The notes: generated by a model not told the origin, from the letters alone. Shown: positions 28,801-37,741, counted from the stretch's first letter. The stretch: 63,485 nucleotides of DNA from Gemmatimonadales bacterium (GCA_038321865.1 JBBQFH010000017.1:1-63485), one strand, 5' to 3'. Numbers and translations are program-made.

Positions 28801-29520
28801 GGCCACGGTGCCGAGCCCGCCCGGATTGGTGAGCGACATCGTGGCGCCGACGAAATCGTCGGGCATCAGCTTGTTGGTCCGCGCCTTCTCGACCACCGAC
28901 TCGTACGCCGCGTGGAACTGGGTAAAGTCCATCGCCTCCGCGTGGCGGATGACGGGGACCACCAGCCCGCGGCTCCCGTCCTTCCGGGTCACGTCCACCG
29001 CGAGGCCGAGGGCGATGCCGTCGGGCGCCACGCGATGGGGCACGCCGTCCTGCATCAGCAGGGTGTGGCCCATGACGGGATGCTGCTTCGTCGCCTGCAC
29101 GATGCCCCAGGCGATGATGTGCGTGAAGGAGACCTTCTCGGTGCGGCCGGCGGCCTGGAGGGCCGCGTTGATCGCCTTGCGCTGCGCCTCGAGCGTGGCG
29201 ACCGGGAGCTCGCGAAAGGTCGTCGCCGTCGGGACGGTGAGACTCTCGGTCATGTTCTGGATGAGGCGCGCGGCGGGGCCCTTGATCGGCGTCGCGCCGG
29301 CGGGGAGCGGGGCCGCCGGCGCGGCACCGTTGGCGGCCGGTGCGGCACGGCCGTTGGCGGGTGCCGGCGACGCCGCCATGACGTCAGGCTTCTCCCCGAC
29401 GACGCCGCTCTCGAACAGCCGGCGCCATTCGGGGCCGACGGCCGCGGGGTCACGGAGGAATTCCTCGTACATGACCTGGGCGAACCCCGCGTTGGCCGTC
29501 TCGAACAGATTCGTTTCCAT
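25834..29520 (-). CDS. sucA: Multifunctional 2-oxoglutarate dehydrogenase/decarboxylase (E2-E1 fusion, OdhA/Kgd type)
   Basis: E2 motif STYDHRVIQGAESG; E1 motifs KRFSIEG, MAHRGRLN, GDVKYH, HGDAAFAGQG, WEAQFGDF, HGYEGQGPEHSS. Confidence 0.95.
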   Translation of the reverse strand: METNLFETANAGFAQVMYEEFLRDPAAVGPEWRRLFESGVVGEKPDVMAASPAPANGRAAPAANGAAPAAPLPAGATPIKGPAARLIQNMTESLTVPTATTFRELPVATLEAQRKAINAALQAAGRTEKVSFTHIIAWGIVQATKQHPVMGHTLLMQDGVPHRVAPDGIALGLAVDVTRKDGSRGLVVPVIRHAEAMDFTQFHAAYESVVEKARTNKLMPDDFVGATMSLTNPGGLGTVASVPRLMAGQGSIIAVGSIAYPPEFATVTPEKIRELGVAKVMTITSTYDHRVIQGAESGQFLGTLDGMLQGKDGFYEALFPGAAPRAVTAPAAAPRAVAATEAAPAPIHAGGPDMQHVAAAMALVKAFRTHGHLAAHLDPLGAEPVGDPALDPAGLGLTDEVMAQIPSSVLRVFVPGQSLLEALPRLRETYCGTIAYQVEHIASHEQRVWLREQIESGTFSHPLAPDQKKRLLARLTEVETLEKFLHKAYLGQKRFSIEGVDMLVPMLDFTMDVAVDAGARDVVIGMAHRGRLNVLAHTIGRPAETIFAEFEGGRHVEGGQLTPEGGTGDVKYHHGAEGAYRTDNGKSVTVTLVPNPSHLEFVGPVVDGRARAEQTQRRGREVVVDTTAAVPVVIHGDAAFAGQGVVAETLNLGALAGYRTGGTLHLITNNQVGFTTDPSEARSTQYASDLAKGFDIPIVHVNADDAEACLVAVRLSMAYRSKFGADALIDLVGYRRHGHNEGDEPSYTQSQMYQAIKSHPTVRQRYAGQLAAEGIVTAEAAEAQAAAAYQRLVDIQTTFKASLGKPKTPGAAAAVRPVPPQTVDTALPAEILTTLNDQLLVWPEGFQVNPKLGKQLERRRAAMGAEGGIDWAQGEALAFASLLVEGVPIRLTGQDTERGTFSHRHMVLHDAETGARYAPIMHLPGATATMELHNSPLSELACIGFEYGYSVAAPESFVLWEAQFGDFINGAQVMIDQFIAAGLSKWGQTSRLTLLLPHGYEGQGPEHSSARLERFLQSAAEGNLRVANCTTPAQYFHLLRRQAKRDRQRPLIVMTPKSLLRLPQAASTVAELTAGTFRPVLDDPAMADPAGVTRLVLCSGKVYYDLRAEAEKMTGQRPALVRLEQLHSFPEAEVREVFARYGAVEEIVWAQEEPRNMGAWRYLEPRLRALLPEGVPLSYVGRPDRASPAEGYPAAHTAEQNRIVAAALAAPVLTTVPATVAAAGDAKG

Positions 29521-29565
29521 GCCCAAAGATAGTGTCGGGTCAGGCCGGCTGACAGCGGGGCGCGG

Positions 29566-30132
29566 TCACGCCCCGCCGCGGTTTTCCGGGGGCAGGAGCA
29601 GCTGCCGGAGGAGCGCCATCTGCTCCCGCTGGATCGCGAGCAGCGCCTGCCAGTCGTGGTCCCGCAGCTGGTCGAGTTTTTCGTGCAGGGTGCGGATCTC
29701 GATCTCGGCCTTGAGGTTGACGTCGTAGTCGTGGGCGGCGTCGAGCCGGTCCTTGTCCGCCTGGCGGTTCTGCGCCATCAGGATGACCGGCGCCTGAAAG
29801 GCCGCGACCGTTGAGAGGACGAGATTGAGCAGGATGAACGGATAGGGATCGAAGCTGTGCCGGTGCCGCAGTGCCGCCATGGTGTTGAGCGTGATCCAGG
29901 CGCAGAGGACCAGGAAGAAGAGGATGATGAACGTCCACGACCCGCCGAAGCCCGCGATCCGGTCCGACAGCCGCTCCCCCAGCGTGCTCTGCGCGACGAA
30001 TTCCTCGTTGGTGTCGTGGCTGACCCGTACCTTGGCCAGCACGTGCTCGATCGCGCGCCGCTCGGCGGCCGTGAGGTCGGACCACTCCCGCTGAAAGAAC
30101 GCAGACGCGAGGCGATGCGATTCCGCTTCCAT
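29566..30132 (-). CDS. DUF1003 membrane protein
   Basis: FGGSWTF, FDPYPFILLNL, QAPVILMAQNRQ, NLKAE. Confidence 0.9.
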   Translation of the reverse strand: MEAESHRLASAFFQREWSDLTAAERRAIEHVLAKVRVSHDTNEEFVAQSTLGERLSDRIAGFGGSWTFIILFFLVLCAWITLNTMAALRHRHSFDPYPFILLNLVLSTVAAFQAPVILMAQNRQADKDRLDAAHDYDVNLKAEIEIRTLHEKLDQLRDHDWQALLAIQREQMALLRQLLLPPENRGGA

Positions 30133-30144
30133 GACCGTCTCCGT

Positions 30145-30618
30145 TCAGCCCGGCTCCGGCGTCGTCGTCACGCCGGGGCGCAGCTCCTCATGGTGGATCT
30201 GCCCGCCTTCCAGTGCGGCGAGGGCGAACAGGCCGGCGCTGGCCACGACGCCGAGCAGGACGACGCCGTTGACCACGCCGTTGCCGGGCCGTCCGCCCCG
30301 GCGGAGCCAGAGCGCCGCCAGCCCGATCGCGCCCGTCACCAGCACGGCGATCAGTCCGGTCTCCGCCTTCTCCTCGTGCTCGTTGACCCGGTCCCGGTCG
30401 TACCACGCCGCGTTCTTCTGCGCGTGCTGGGTCGGCTCGCCGGTGAGATAGACCGGGATCGTGGCCAGCGACAGCAGCACCGTGAACGCGAGCCCGAGCG
30501 AGGTGATCTCGCGGGAGCGCCGGATCAGTCCCCAGCCGAGCACGATGGCGACGAAGATCGTGCCCAGCACCGGCACGTGGTTGAGCATGAGATGAAGGTG
30601 CGTGGCGCTCAGGTCCAT
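30145..30618 (-). CDS. His-containing 4-TM membrane protein (DUF2231-like)
   Basis: HLHLMLNHVP, YLTGE, HEE.A, GGQIHH.E. Confidence 0.6.
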   Translation of the reverse strand: MDLSATHLHLMLNHVPVLGTIFVAIVLGWGLIRRSREITSLGLAFTVLLSLATIPVYLTGEPTQHAQKNAAWYDRDRVNEHEEKAETGLIAVLVTGAIGLAALWLRRGGRPGNGVVNGVVLLGVVASAGLFALAALEGGQIHHEELRPGVTTTPEPG

Positions 30619-30642
30619 GGAATCCTCGGAGTGAGGGACGGC

Positions 30643-31083
30643 TCAGCGATCGGTGGCGGCGCGGCCGGTGATCTCGCGCACGTGGATGCGGAACACGATG
30701 TTCCGCTCCGGCGTGGGGTCGGCCGGTGTCAGCGCGGTCGGCAGGAGCTGCCGCAGCGCGGCGACCGCCTTGTCGTACTCCGCCTGGTCGACGCCGGGGT
30801 CGAGCAGGTAGACCGTGCCGCGTACGACGACGCTGCGCCAGCGGTAGAGCGCTTCGATTTCGTCGGCCTCGAACGCGACCCAGGGAATGTGGGCCAGCGA
30901 CTCGATCTTGGTGCCGTGCGTCGTGCGTCCGTGGATGATGCCGTCGGCATACACATAATGAATGGGCTCGAGATCCACCTGGTCGTGAAACATGAAGGCG
31001 AGCCGGCCGACGTGGTTCCGGGCGAGCAGCGCCTCGGAGTCGGCGCGATCCAGACTGCGGAACGACGGGCGGGGGACGGTCAT
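30643..31083 (-). CDS. Pyridoxamine 5'-phosphate oxidase-like flavin-binding protein
   Basis: VGRLAF, PIHY, GTK, VAFEAD, WRSVVVRG, ITGR. Confidence 0.85.
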   Translation of the reverse strand: MTVPRPSFRSLDRADSEALLARNHVGRLAFMFHDQVDLEPIHYVYADGIIHGRTTHGTKIESLAHIPWVAFEADEIEALYRWRSVVVRGTVYLLDPGVDQAEYDKAVAALRQLLPTALTPADPTPERNIVFRIHVREITGRAATDR

Positions 31084-33008
31084 GGCGAGCTGGTCTCCAG
31101 ATTCGGCGACGAGGGCGGGGCGGGAGCTGCCGGTATGCGTACCCCGCCGGGGGCGCCGGGCGCAAGCCCGCGCCCGGCGACCGACGCCCGGAGCGCGTTG
31201 GCGATCGCGGCCAGGTCGATCGCCTCCTGCAGCAGCGCGCCCGCGGTGGGCGGCACCAGCCCCGCGCCGGCCGCGAGCATCGCCGCCCCGCTCAGGCCGA
31301 GGCCGACCCAGATGCTGGTGCGCGCGATGCGGAGGGTGCGCCGGCTGATGGCGATGCCGGTGCTCACGAGGGCGAGGTCATCCGCCAGGAGCACGACGTC
31401 GGCCGCCTCCGCGGCGATCCCGCCGCCATGCGCGGCGAGCACGACGCCGACGTCGGCGGCGCTCAGCGCGGGGGCGTCGTTGGTGCCGTCGCCCACCATC
31501 AGCACGCGGGCCCCGCCGGCCTGGAGCGTGCGCACCGCCGCGACCTTGTCGCCGGGCAGGAGATCGCCGCGCGCCTCGGCGATTCCCGCCGTGAGCGCGA
31601 CGGCATCGGCGTTGGCCTGGGTGTCGCCGGAGAGGAGCAGCATGCGGTGCACGCCGCTGGTCCGGAGCCTGGCCAGCAGCTCGGCGAGATGCGGACGCAG
31701 GCGGTCGGCATAGTCGATCGTGCCGGCGGCATGTCCGTCGATCGCAACGTAGGCCCGGAGATTGGTGCCGTGATCGGTCGCGAGCGCCTCGAGCCCCGGG
31801 ACGGCGCCGGGGTCACGTTCCGCCACGAACGACCGGGCTCCCACCGTGACGTCATGCCCGCCCACCTGGCCGGCGACCCCGCGGCCCGGCGCCTCGACCA
31901 CGCCGCGCGGGTCGGTGAGCGCGAGTCCCGCCGCCTGGCCGGCCTCCACGACCGTGCGGGCCAGCAGATGGCCCGACCCCTGCTCGACCGATGCGGCCAG
32001 CCGGAGCAGCTCGTCCTCGGTCCACGGCGGCACTGCGCGCACCGTCCGCACGTCGGGGCGGCCGACGGTGAGGGTGCCGGTCTTGTCGAAGATCGCGGCC
32101 GTGACGGCGCCGAGCTGCTCGAGGGCGGCGCCGGAGCGGAAGATGATCCCGCGTCGCGCGGCGGCATTGATCCCGCCGATCAGGGCAACCGGCGTCGCCA
32201 GGATGAGCGGGCACGGTGTCGCGACGACCAGCACCGCGAGGACCCGCACCATGTCGTGCGAGACCAGCCACGTCACCAGGCAGGCCGCCAGCGTGACCGG
32301 CGTGAACCAGATGGCGTACCGGTCGGCGAGACGCTGGAGCGGCGCCTTCTGCGCCTGGGCGGAGCGCACCAGCTCGACGATCCGCGCGTACTGGCTCTCC
32401 CGGGCCGCGGCCGTGGCCCGCACGGTGAGCGGGCCCTCCAGGTTGAGACTCCCGCTCGGGAACGACGCCCCGGCCACGGCGCGCCGGGGCACCGCTTCAC
32501 CCGTCAGGCTCGACGTGTCCACATGCGAGACGCCGTCGATCACTTCGGCGTCGCAGGGGAACATCTCGCCGGGGCGGACCAGGAGCTCGTTGCCGGGGAC
32601 GATGACGTCCACCGGCACCTCCTCCATCCCGCCGCCGCGGAGCAGGTGCGCCACGCGTGGTGCCGCCGCCTCCAGGTCGCGGACGGCCCGCGAGGCGCGC
32701 CCCGCCGCATACCGCTCGAGCGACTCTCCCCCCGCCTGCATCAGGACGATGACGAGCCCCGCGATCGGCTGGTCGAGCAGGATGGCGCCCACGATGGCCA
32801 GCGACGCGACGATGTCGGTGGCGAAGCGGCCGCTGCCGATCGAGCGGAGCGCGCGCCAGAGGAGGGGAGCGGCGGTGAGGTAGAGGCCCGCGCGCCAGAT
32901 CGAGGCGGCGAGCGGGGGAAGCGCGAAGCCGTAGCGGGCGAGGAGTCCGGCGAGGAGGAACGCCGCGGTGGCGGCCGGGAGGGCCGCCTCCGGCACGCGG
33001 CGGGTCAC
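31080..33008 (-). CDS. Heavy-metal P-type ATPase, P1B-5 type
   Basis: LTGE, TPCP, DKTGT, SGH, MVGDGTNDAP, QEAID. Confidence 0.9.
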   Translation of the reverse strand: MTRRVPEAALPAATAAFLLAGLLARYGFALPPLAASIWRAGLYLTAAPLLWRALRSIGSGRFATDIVASLAIVGAILLDQPIAGLVIVLMQAGGESLERYAAGRASRAVRDLEAAAPRVAHLLRGGGMEEVPVDVIVPGNELLVRPGEMFPCDAEVIDGVSHVDTSSLTGEAVPRRAVAGASFPSGSLNLEGPLTVRATAAARESQYARIVELVRSAQAQKAPLQRLADRYAIWFTPVTLAACLVTWLVSHDMVRVLAVLVVATPCPLILATPVALIGGINAAARRGIIFRSGAALEQLGAVTAAIFDKTGTLTVGRPDVRTVRAVPPWTEDELLRLAASVEQGSGHLLARTVVEAGQAAGLALTDPRGVVEAPGRGVAGQVGGHDVTVGARSFVAERDPGAVPGLEALATDHGTNLRAYVAIDGHAAGTIDYADRLRPHLAELLARLRTSGVHRMLLLSGDTQANADAVALTAGIAEARGDLLPGDKVAAVRTLQAGGARVLMVGDGTNDAPALSAADVGVVLAAHGGGIAAEAADVVLLADDLALVSTGIAISRRTLRIARTSIWVGLGLSGAAMLAAGAGLVPPTAGALLQEAIDLAAIANALRASVAGRGLAPGAPGGVRIPAAPAPPSSPNLETSSP

Positions 33009-33697
33009 CGTGCGCCTGCCGCCGGCGCTCCCTGGCGCAGGGTGAAGCCCACGCCACGGACCGTGGTGATGACGGGCTCGCCGGCGGCGCGCTCGAGCTT
33101 GCGGCGGAGGTTCCCGACGTGCACGTCCACCACGTTGCTCTCGGGGTCGAAGTGCATGTCCCACACCTTTTCCAGCAGCGTGGTCCGGCGCACCACTTCC
33201 TCGGGGTGCAGCAGGAAGTACTCCAGCAGCTGGAATTCCTTGGGCGTCAGGTCGAGCGGGCGCCCATCGAGCTCTGAGAGGTGGCGGAGCCGGTCGAGCG
33301 TCACCCGGCCGTACCGCAGCACGTCGAGCCGGGCCGCGCCGCCCCGGCGGTGGAGCGCGCGGATCCGCGCCAGCAGCTCGTCGAACCGGAACGGCTTGGC
33401 GAGGTAGTCGTCCGCGCCGGCGTCGAGCCCGCGGACCACATCCTCCGTCGCGTCGCGCGAGGTCAGCATCAGGATCGGCGTGGCGCGCCCCTCGCGCCGG
33501 AGCTCTGCGGCGACCTGGAAGCCGTTCTTCTTCGGGAGCACCACATCGAGCAGGATGAGGTCGTAGTCGTAGACGTGGGCCAGCATGGTGGCCTCATCGC
33601 CGTCCGGCGCGACGTCCACGGCGTGCCCCTCTTCCTTGAGGCCCTGCTCGATGAATCCGGCGACCTTCCGGTCGTCCTCCACTACGAGAATGCGCAT
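33005..33697 (-). CDS. OmpR/PhoB-family response regulator
   Basis: VVEDD, LLD, GADDYLAKPF, LTPKEF, NVVDVHV, TVRGVGF. Confidence 0.95.
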   Translation of the reverse strand: MRILVVEDDRKVAGFIEQGLKEEGHAVDVAPDGDEATMLAHVYDYDLILLDVVLPKKNGFQVAAELRREGRATPILMLTSRDATEDVVRGLDAGADDYLAKPFRFDELLARIRALHRRGGAARLDVLRYGRVTLDRLRHLSELDGRPLDLTPKEFQLLEYFLLHPEEVVRRTTLLEKVWDMHFDPESNVVDVHVGNLRRKLERAAGEPVITTVRGVGFTLRQGAPAAGAR

Positions 33698-33703
33698 GGT
33701 CCC

Positions 33704-33757
33704 AACCTATCGCGGCGGCCTGAAGCCGCCTGCAATCGATCGTGAAGGAATCTTCAT
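33704..33757 (-). promoter_or_regulatory. Repeat-box promoter of the response-regulator operon
   Basis: ATGAAG-attc-CTTCAC-N5-ATTGCA-N5-CTTCAG-N10-TAGGTT-N6-ATG. Confidence 0.55.
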
Positions 33758-34989
33758 GCTGTGTCGGCCGGGAGCTCGAGGATGAAGCGTCCGCCGGCCC
33801 CGGGCCGTGCGACGGCGCGCAGCTCGCCGCCGAGCAGGCGCGCCAGCCGGCGCGACAGAGGGAGGCCGAGGCCGGCCCCGTTGCTCGCCTCGCCCGCCTT
33901 GGTGACGTAAATGTCGAAGATCTGCTCGATCTCCTGCTCCGGGATCCCCGAGCCGGCGTCATCCACCTGGAACAGGAGCCGGTCTCCCTGCTGCCGGACG
34001 GTGACCGAGACGGTGGTTCCCACCGGGGTGTGCCGCACGGCGTTGACGAGGATGTTCACCAGGATCTGTTCGACCCGGCTGGCGTCGGTGTAGCAGCCGG
34101 GGAGATCGGGCGGCAGCACCGCCTCCATGGTCACGCTCCGGCCCTGCGCGGCGGGTGTGACGCGGCTGATCGCGTGACGCACGACGGAGCCGCATTCGAC
34201 CACCCGCATGACGGGCTTGAGGCGGTCCTCGTCCAGCCGGCTCAGGTCCAGCAGGTCGTTGATCAGCGCGATGGCCAGCTCGGCCGAGTCGAGCACCTCG
34301 AAGGCGGCGCGGGGGACCGTGGCGGGATCCTTCTTCCGCACCAGCATCTCGGCCCAGCCGAACACGCCGGCGAGGGCGTTCCGGAGCTCGTGATTGACCA
34401 TCGCGAAGAAGCGCTCGCGGGTGCGCTGGAGCTGCTGGACCTCTTCCAGCAGGAGGGCGCTTTCCTCGTGCAGCCGCGCGTTCTCGACGGCGGCCGCGGT
34501 CTGCGTGGCCAGCAGCCGGGCGATGTACTCGTCCACGTCGGTGAACTCGCCGCCGCCCAGCTTCTCGGTGAAGTAGAGATTGCCGAAGATGCTCCGGCGC
34601 CCGACGATGGGCACGCCGAGGAAGGAGTGCATCGGCGGGTGATTGGGCGGAAACCCGTACGAGTCGGGATGCGCCTTCAGGTCGGGCAGGCGGATCGGCT
34701 TCCCGGCCCGGATCACCAGGCCAAGGATGCCGTGCCCCTTCGGTGGCGGCCCGATGGCGGCGCGCTCCTCGTCGGTCAGGCCCATCGTGGTGAAGCTTTC
34801 GAGTGTCCGGCCGTCGGGCGCCAGCACGCCGATGGCCGCGAACTTCGCCCCGACCAGCTCGACGGCGATTCCCACCACCCGCTCCAGCACCCCTTCCAGC
34901 GACAGCTCCGTAGTCAGCAGCGTGCCGGCGGCCACCAGCTGTTCCAGCCGCCATTGCGGTGTGTCCGGGGTGGCCGGTGAAGTCGGCAT
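33754..34989 (-). CDS. GAF-domain sensor histidine kinase (DosS/DevS-like GAF + HisKA + HATPase)
   Basis: PKGHGILG, HPDSYGFPPNHPPMHSFLGVP, NHELRN, NAVRH, DAGSGI, GAGLGL. Confidence 0.9.
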   Translation of the reverse strand: MPTSPATPDTPQWRLEQLVAAGTLLTTELSLEGVLERVVGIAVELVGAKFAAIGVLAPDGRTLESFTTMGLTDEERAAIGPPPKGHGILGLVIRAGKPIRLPDLKAHPDSYGFPPNHPPMHSFLGVPIVGRRSIFGNLYFTEKLGGGEFTDVDEYIARLLATQTAAAVENARLHEESALLLEEVQQLQRTRERFFAMVNHELRNALAGVFGWAEMLVRKKDPATVPRAAFEVLDSAELAIALINDLLDLSRLDEDRLKPVMRVVECGSVVRHAISRVTPAAQGRSVTMEAVLPPDLPGCYTDASRVEQILVNILVNAVRHTPVGTTVSVTVRQQGDRLLFQVDDAGSGIPEQEIEQIFDIYVTKAGEASNGAGLGLPLSRRLARLLGGELRAVARPGAGGRFILELPADTA

Positions 34990-35009
34990 CCCGAAGTGTA
35001 CCCGGGAAT

Positions 35010-35054
35010 CTTCCGTGGCGCTTCATCCTCCCTTCACGGCCGGGACGCCATTGT
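35010..35054 (+). promoter_or_regulatory. Repeat-box promoter of the USP pair
   Basis: CTTCCG-N5-CTTCAT-N5-CTTCAC-N11-CATTGT-N6-ATG. Confidence 0.55.
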
Positions 35055-35060
35055 CCTGCC

Positions 35061-35930
35061 ATGTACAATGGGCCATTCCGTCTGCAGCACATCCTCGTCG
35101 GCTCCGACCGAAGCGACATCGCGCGAAACGCACTGGCCGCCGCGCTCGTGCTCGCCCGGCGGGCCGGCGCCCGGCTGACCGTGCTCACCACCGTGCCGAC
35201 GCTCGCGACCGAAGGCGTCGGGGGGTGGCGGTCGGCGCGGCAGCGCGATGCCGACACGGGGCCGGTGCTGGCGGAGCTGGAGCAGTGGATGAGCCCCGCG
35301 CTGCGTGACGCACCCGAGGTGGGTGCGGCCGGCCTGGCGGTCACCTTCGGCATCCCCGGCATCGAGATCTGCCGGTTCGCGGAGGAACACGACGCCGACC
35401 TGATCGTGGTCGGACGGACGCCGCGGTCCCGGGCCGAGCGGATCCTCGCCGGAGACACGGCGGATGCAGTGGCACGGCGCAGCGGCGTGCCGTGTCTGTT
35501 CGTCCCGCCCGGCTGCGGCGCGCCGCGGCGCGTGCTCACCGCGCTCGACGGCTCGCTGCGCGGGCTCACCGTGCTCGACATCGCCAGCCGCTTTGCCGCC
35601 GCGGCCGGCGCCGAGATGCGCGCGGCGACGGTCGAGCCCGAACGGGTCAACGAACCGCCGGAGCTGGCCAATCTGCTCCTGGACGGCCGGTCCGAGGCGC
35701 TCGTCGCGCGGATGGGCCGAATGACGGCCGGTGCTCCCGGCGCGTCGGACCTGCTGGTGCGGCGCGGCCCGGTCGTCCCGACGCTGCTCGCCCTCGCGGA
35801 GGAGGTGTCGGCCGACACCATCGCCCTCGGCTTCCACCGCGGCGGGCCGCCCGCCGTCATCGACGCCGGCAGCACATCACGGCGGCTCACGCACACGGCC
35901 GCGTGCGCGGTGCTCACGATTCCCCTCTAG
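35061..35930 (+). CDS. Universal stress protein (tandem USP domains)
   Basis: HILVGSD, GIPGIEI, DLIVVG, GDTADAVAR, GSTSRRL. Confidence 0.85.
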   Translation: MYNGPFRLQHILVGSDRSDIARNALAAALVLARRAGARLTVLTTVPTLATEGVGGWRSARQRDADTGPVLAELEQWMSPALRDAPEVGAAGLAVTFGIPGIEICRFAEEHDADLIVVGRTPRSRAERILAGDTADAVARRSGVPCLFVPPGCGAPRRVLTALDGSLRGLTVLDIASRFAAAAGAEMRAATVEPERVNEPPELANLLLDGRSEALVARMGRMTAGAPGASDLLVRRGPVVPTLLALAEEVSADTIALGFHRGGPPAVIDAGSTSRRLTHTAACAVLTIPL

Positions 35931-35943
35931 CTGGAGGCTCGCC

Positions 35944-36903
35944 ATGTACACACGCATCCTGGTGCCGCTCGACGGCTCCCGCGCCGCGGAAGCGGCGATC
36001 CCGGTGGCGGTGGGACTGGCCCGCCGGAGCGGAGCGGCGCTCGAGCTGGGGCTGATTCATGTATCGGTCGGGGCCGTGCTCGCCGGGGGACCCGCGGCGG
36101 TGGACTTCGGTGCGCTCGACGACGTGCAGCATGAGGATGAGTCCACCTACCTGCTTGGCCTGGCCGAGCGGGTGCGCGCCGAGTCGGGACTCACGGTCTC
36201 GGTGCATCACCTGTCGGGGCCGGTGGTGCCGACCCTGGCGGCGCACATCGCCGACGCCGCGGTGGACCTGGTCGTCATGACCACCCACGGGCGCGGGCCG
36301 GTGGGCCGCTTCTGGCTCGGCAGCGTCGCCGATGGGCTGGTGCGTACCGCGTCCGCCCCGGTGCTGATGCTCCGCGCCTCGGATCGCGCGCCCGAGGACC
36401 CGGCCGGATTCCACCGGGTACTCATCCCGCTCGACCAGTCGCCGCTGGCCGAGCACGCGATGCACGCCGCGCGCGACCTGCTGGGGGATGATGGCGAGTG
36501 CATCCTGCTCCACGTCATGCACCCGGGGCCGATGATGGCCGTCATGCCGGTGCCGTTCGGGCTGATTCCCGAGCTGGTCGTGGATCCGGCGTCGCGGGAT
36601 CACGCGCAGGGCTATCTCGAGCGGATTGCCCGGCGGATCCGGCGGATGGGCCTCAGGGCCCGGACGGCGGTCACGATTGCCGGGAACGCCGCCGTGGAAA
36701 TCCTCGACCAGTCGCGGCGCGAGCGGGCCGACGTGATCGTGGTGACGACGCACGGGGTGGGCGGACTCCGCCGCCTCCTCCTGGGCAGTGTGGTGGACAA
36801 GCTGGTCCGGGGCGCCGACGTGCCGGTGCTGGTCTGCCGTCCGCCGGCCCGCCGCCGGGCGAGGGCCGCGCGCCGGGTGATGGCGGTGCACACGGCGGGC
36901 TGA
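35944..36903 (+). CDS. Universal stress protein (tandem USP domains)
   Basis: RILVPLDGS, VMTTHGRG, LGSVAD, THGVGG..LLGSVVD. Confidence 0.92.
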   Translation: MYTRILVPLDGSRAAEAAIPVAVGLARRSGAALELGLIHVSVGAVLAGGPAAVDFGALDDVQHEDESTYLLGLAERVRAESGLTVSVHHLSGPVVPTLAAHIADAAVDLVVMTTHGRGPVGRFWLGSVADGLVRTASAPVLMLRASDRAPEDPAGFHRVLIPLDQSPLAEHAMHAARDLLGDDGECILLHVMHPGPMMAVMPVPFGLIPELVVDPASRDHAQGYLERIARRIRRMGLRARTAVTIAGNAAVEILDQSRRERADVIVVTTHGVGGLRRLLLGSVVDKLVRGADVPVLVCRPPARRRARAARRVMAVHTAG

Positions 36904-36910
36904 CCAGCCT

Positions 36911-37321
36911 TCAGCGCCCGGCGCCGAACGGCTTCACCCGCGACCAGGCGTGTGCCGCGAAGCAGGCCACGCCTGAGAGCTCGGCGGCCCGGCCGGCCAG
37001 CAGCAGTGCGGGCAGCCCGGCCGGCGCCGCCGAGCCCGCGATGACGACACCGGCATTGAGCAGCAGATAGGCGGCCCACGGGGGCACGGGGTGTCCCCGT
37101 TCGCGGCCGCGCGCATGCTTGGGCAGGATCCAGTACGCCACGCCGAGCGTCAGGTTCACCAGCCAGCCGATCAGCAGCAGCTCGATGTGCAGCGGCAGGG
37201 CACCGGATGGCGGACCGCGTCCGGGCATCCCCTTCACGGCCAGCAGCACACTCCCCAGCGAGGTTCCCGCCGTCAGCGCCAGTAGCGCGGTGCGAATGAA
37301 CCAGACGCTGAGCGGCGGCAT
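36911..37321 (-). CDS. 4-TM heme-copper-oxidase subunit I-like single-unit membrane protein (HxE variant)
   Basis: WFIRTAL...LHIELLLIGW...GVAYWILPK. Confidence 0.6.
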   Translation of the reverse strand: MPPLSVWFIRTALLALTAGTSLGSVLLAVKGMPGRGPPSGALPLHIELLLIGWLVNLTLGVAYWILPKHARGRERGHPVPPWAAYLLLNAGVVIAGSAAPAGLPALLLAGRAAELSGVACFAAHAWSRVKPFGAGR

Positions 37322-37741
37322 TCAGCGCGTCCGGACCCGCGGCCAGATCCCGGTGACGAACGCCAGGATGCCGGCCAGCTGCAGCGCCGCCGACACCGGG
37401 AAGAGCCAGCCCGGCGGGTGCCCTCCCGGCGCCGCGCCCGCCGGCTCGGCGATCAGCCGGCAGACGAGGCCCAGGTTGATCGCCCCGTACGCCATCCAGC
37501 CGAGGCGGTCGGGCCCGGCGGCGGGCCGGCGCTCCGCGCGGGGGAACATCCAGTACGCCACGCCCATGATGAGCTGGGTGATCCAGCCGACCACGAGGAG
37601 GTGGATGTAGGACGGCCACGCGGCGGCGAGCATCGGATGCGCCGACCGCAGCGGCGCGACGGCGAGGGCCACACCGAGCAGAAACGCGGCGGCGCAGCAG
37701 ACCAGGGCAGTGCGGATGAGCCAGCGGGTCAGTGTCGGCAG
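37322..37741 (-). CDS. 4-TM heme-copper-oxidase subunit I-like single-unit membrane protein (YxH variant); probable CTG start
   Basis: WLIRTAL...YIHLLVVGW...GVAYWMFPR; GGAG upstream of CTG 37741. Confidence 0.6.
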   Translation of the reverse strand: MPTLTRWLIRTALVCCAAAFLLGVALAVAPLRSAHPMLAAAWPSYIHLLVVGWITQLIMGVAYWMFPRAERRPAAGPDRLGWMAYGAINLGLVCRLIAEPAGAAPGGHPPGWLFPVSAALQLAGILAFVTGIWPRVRTR

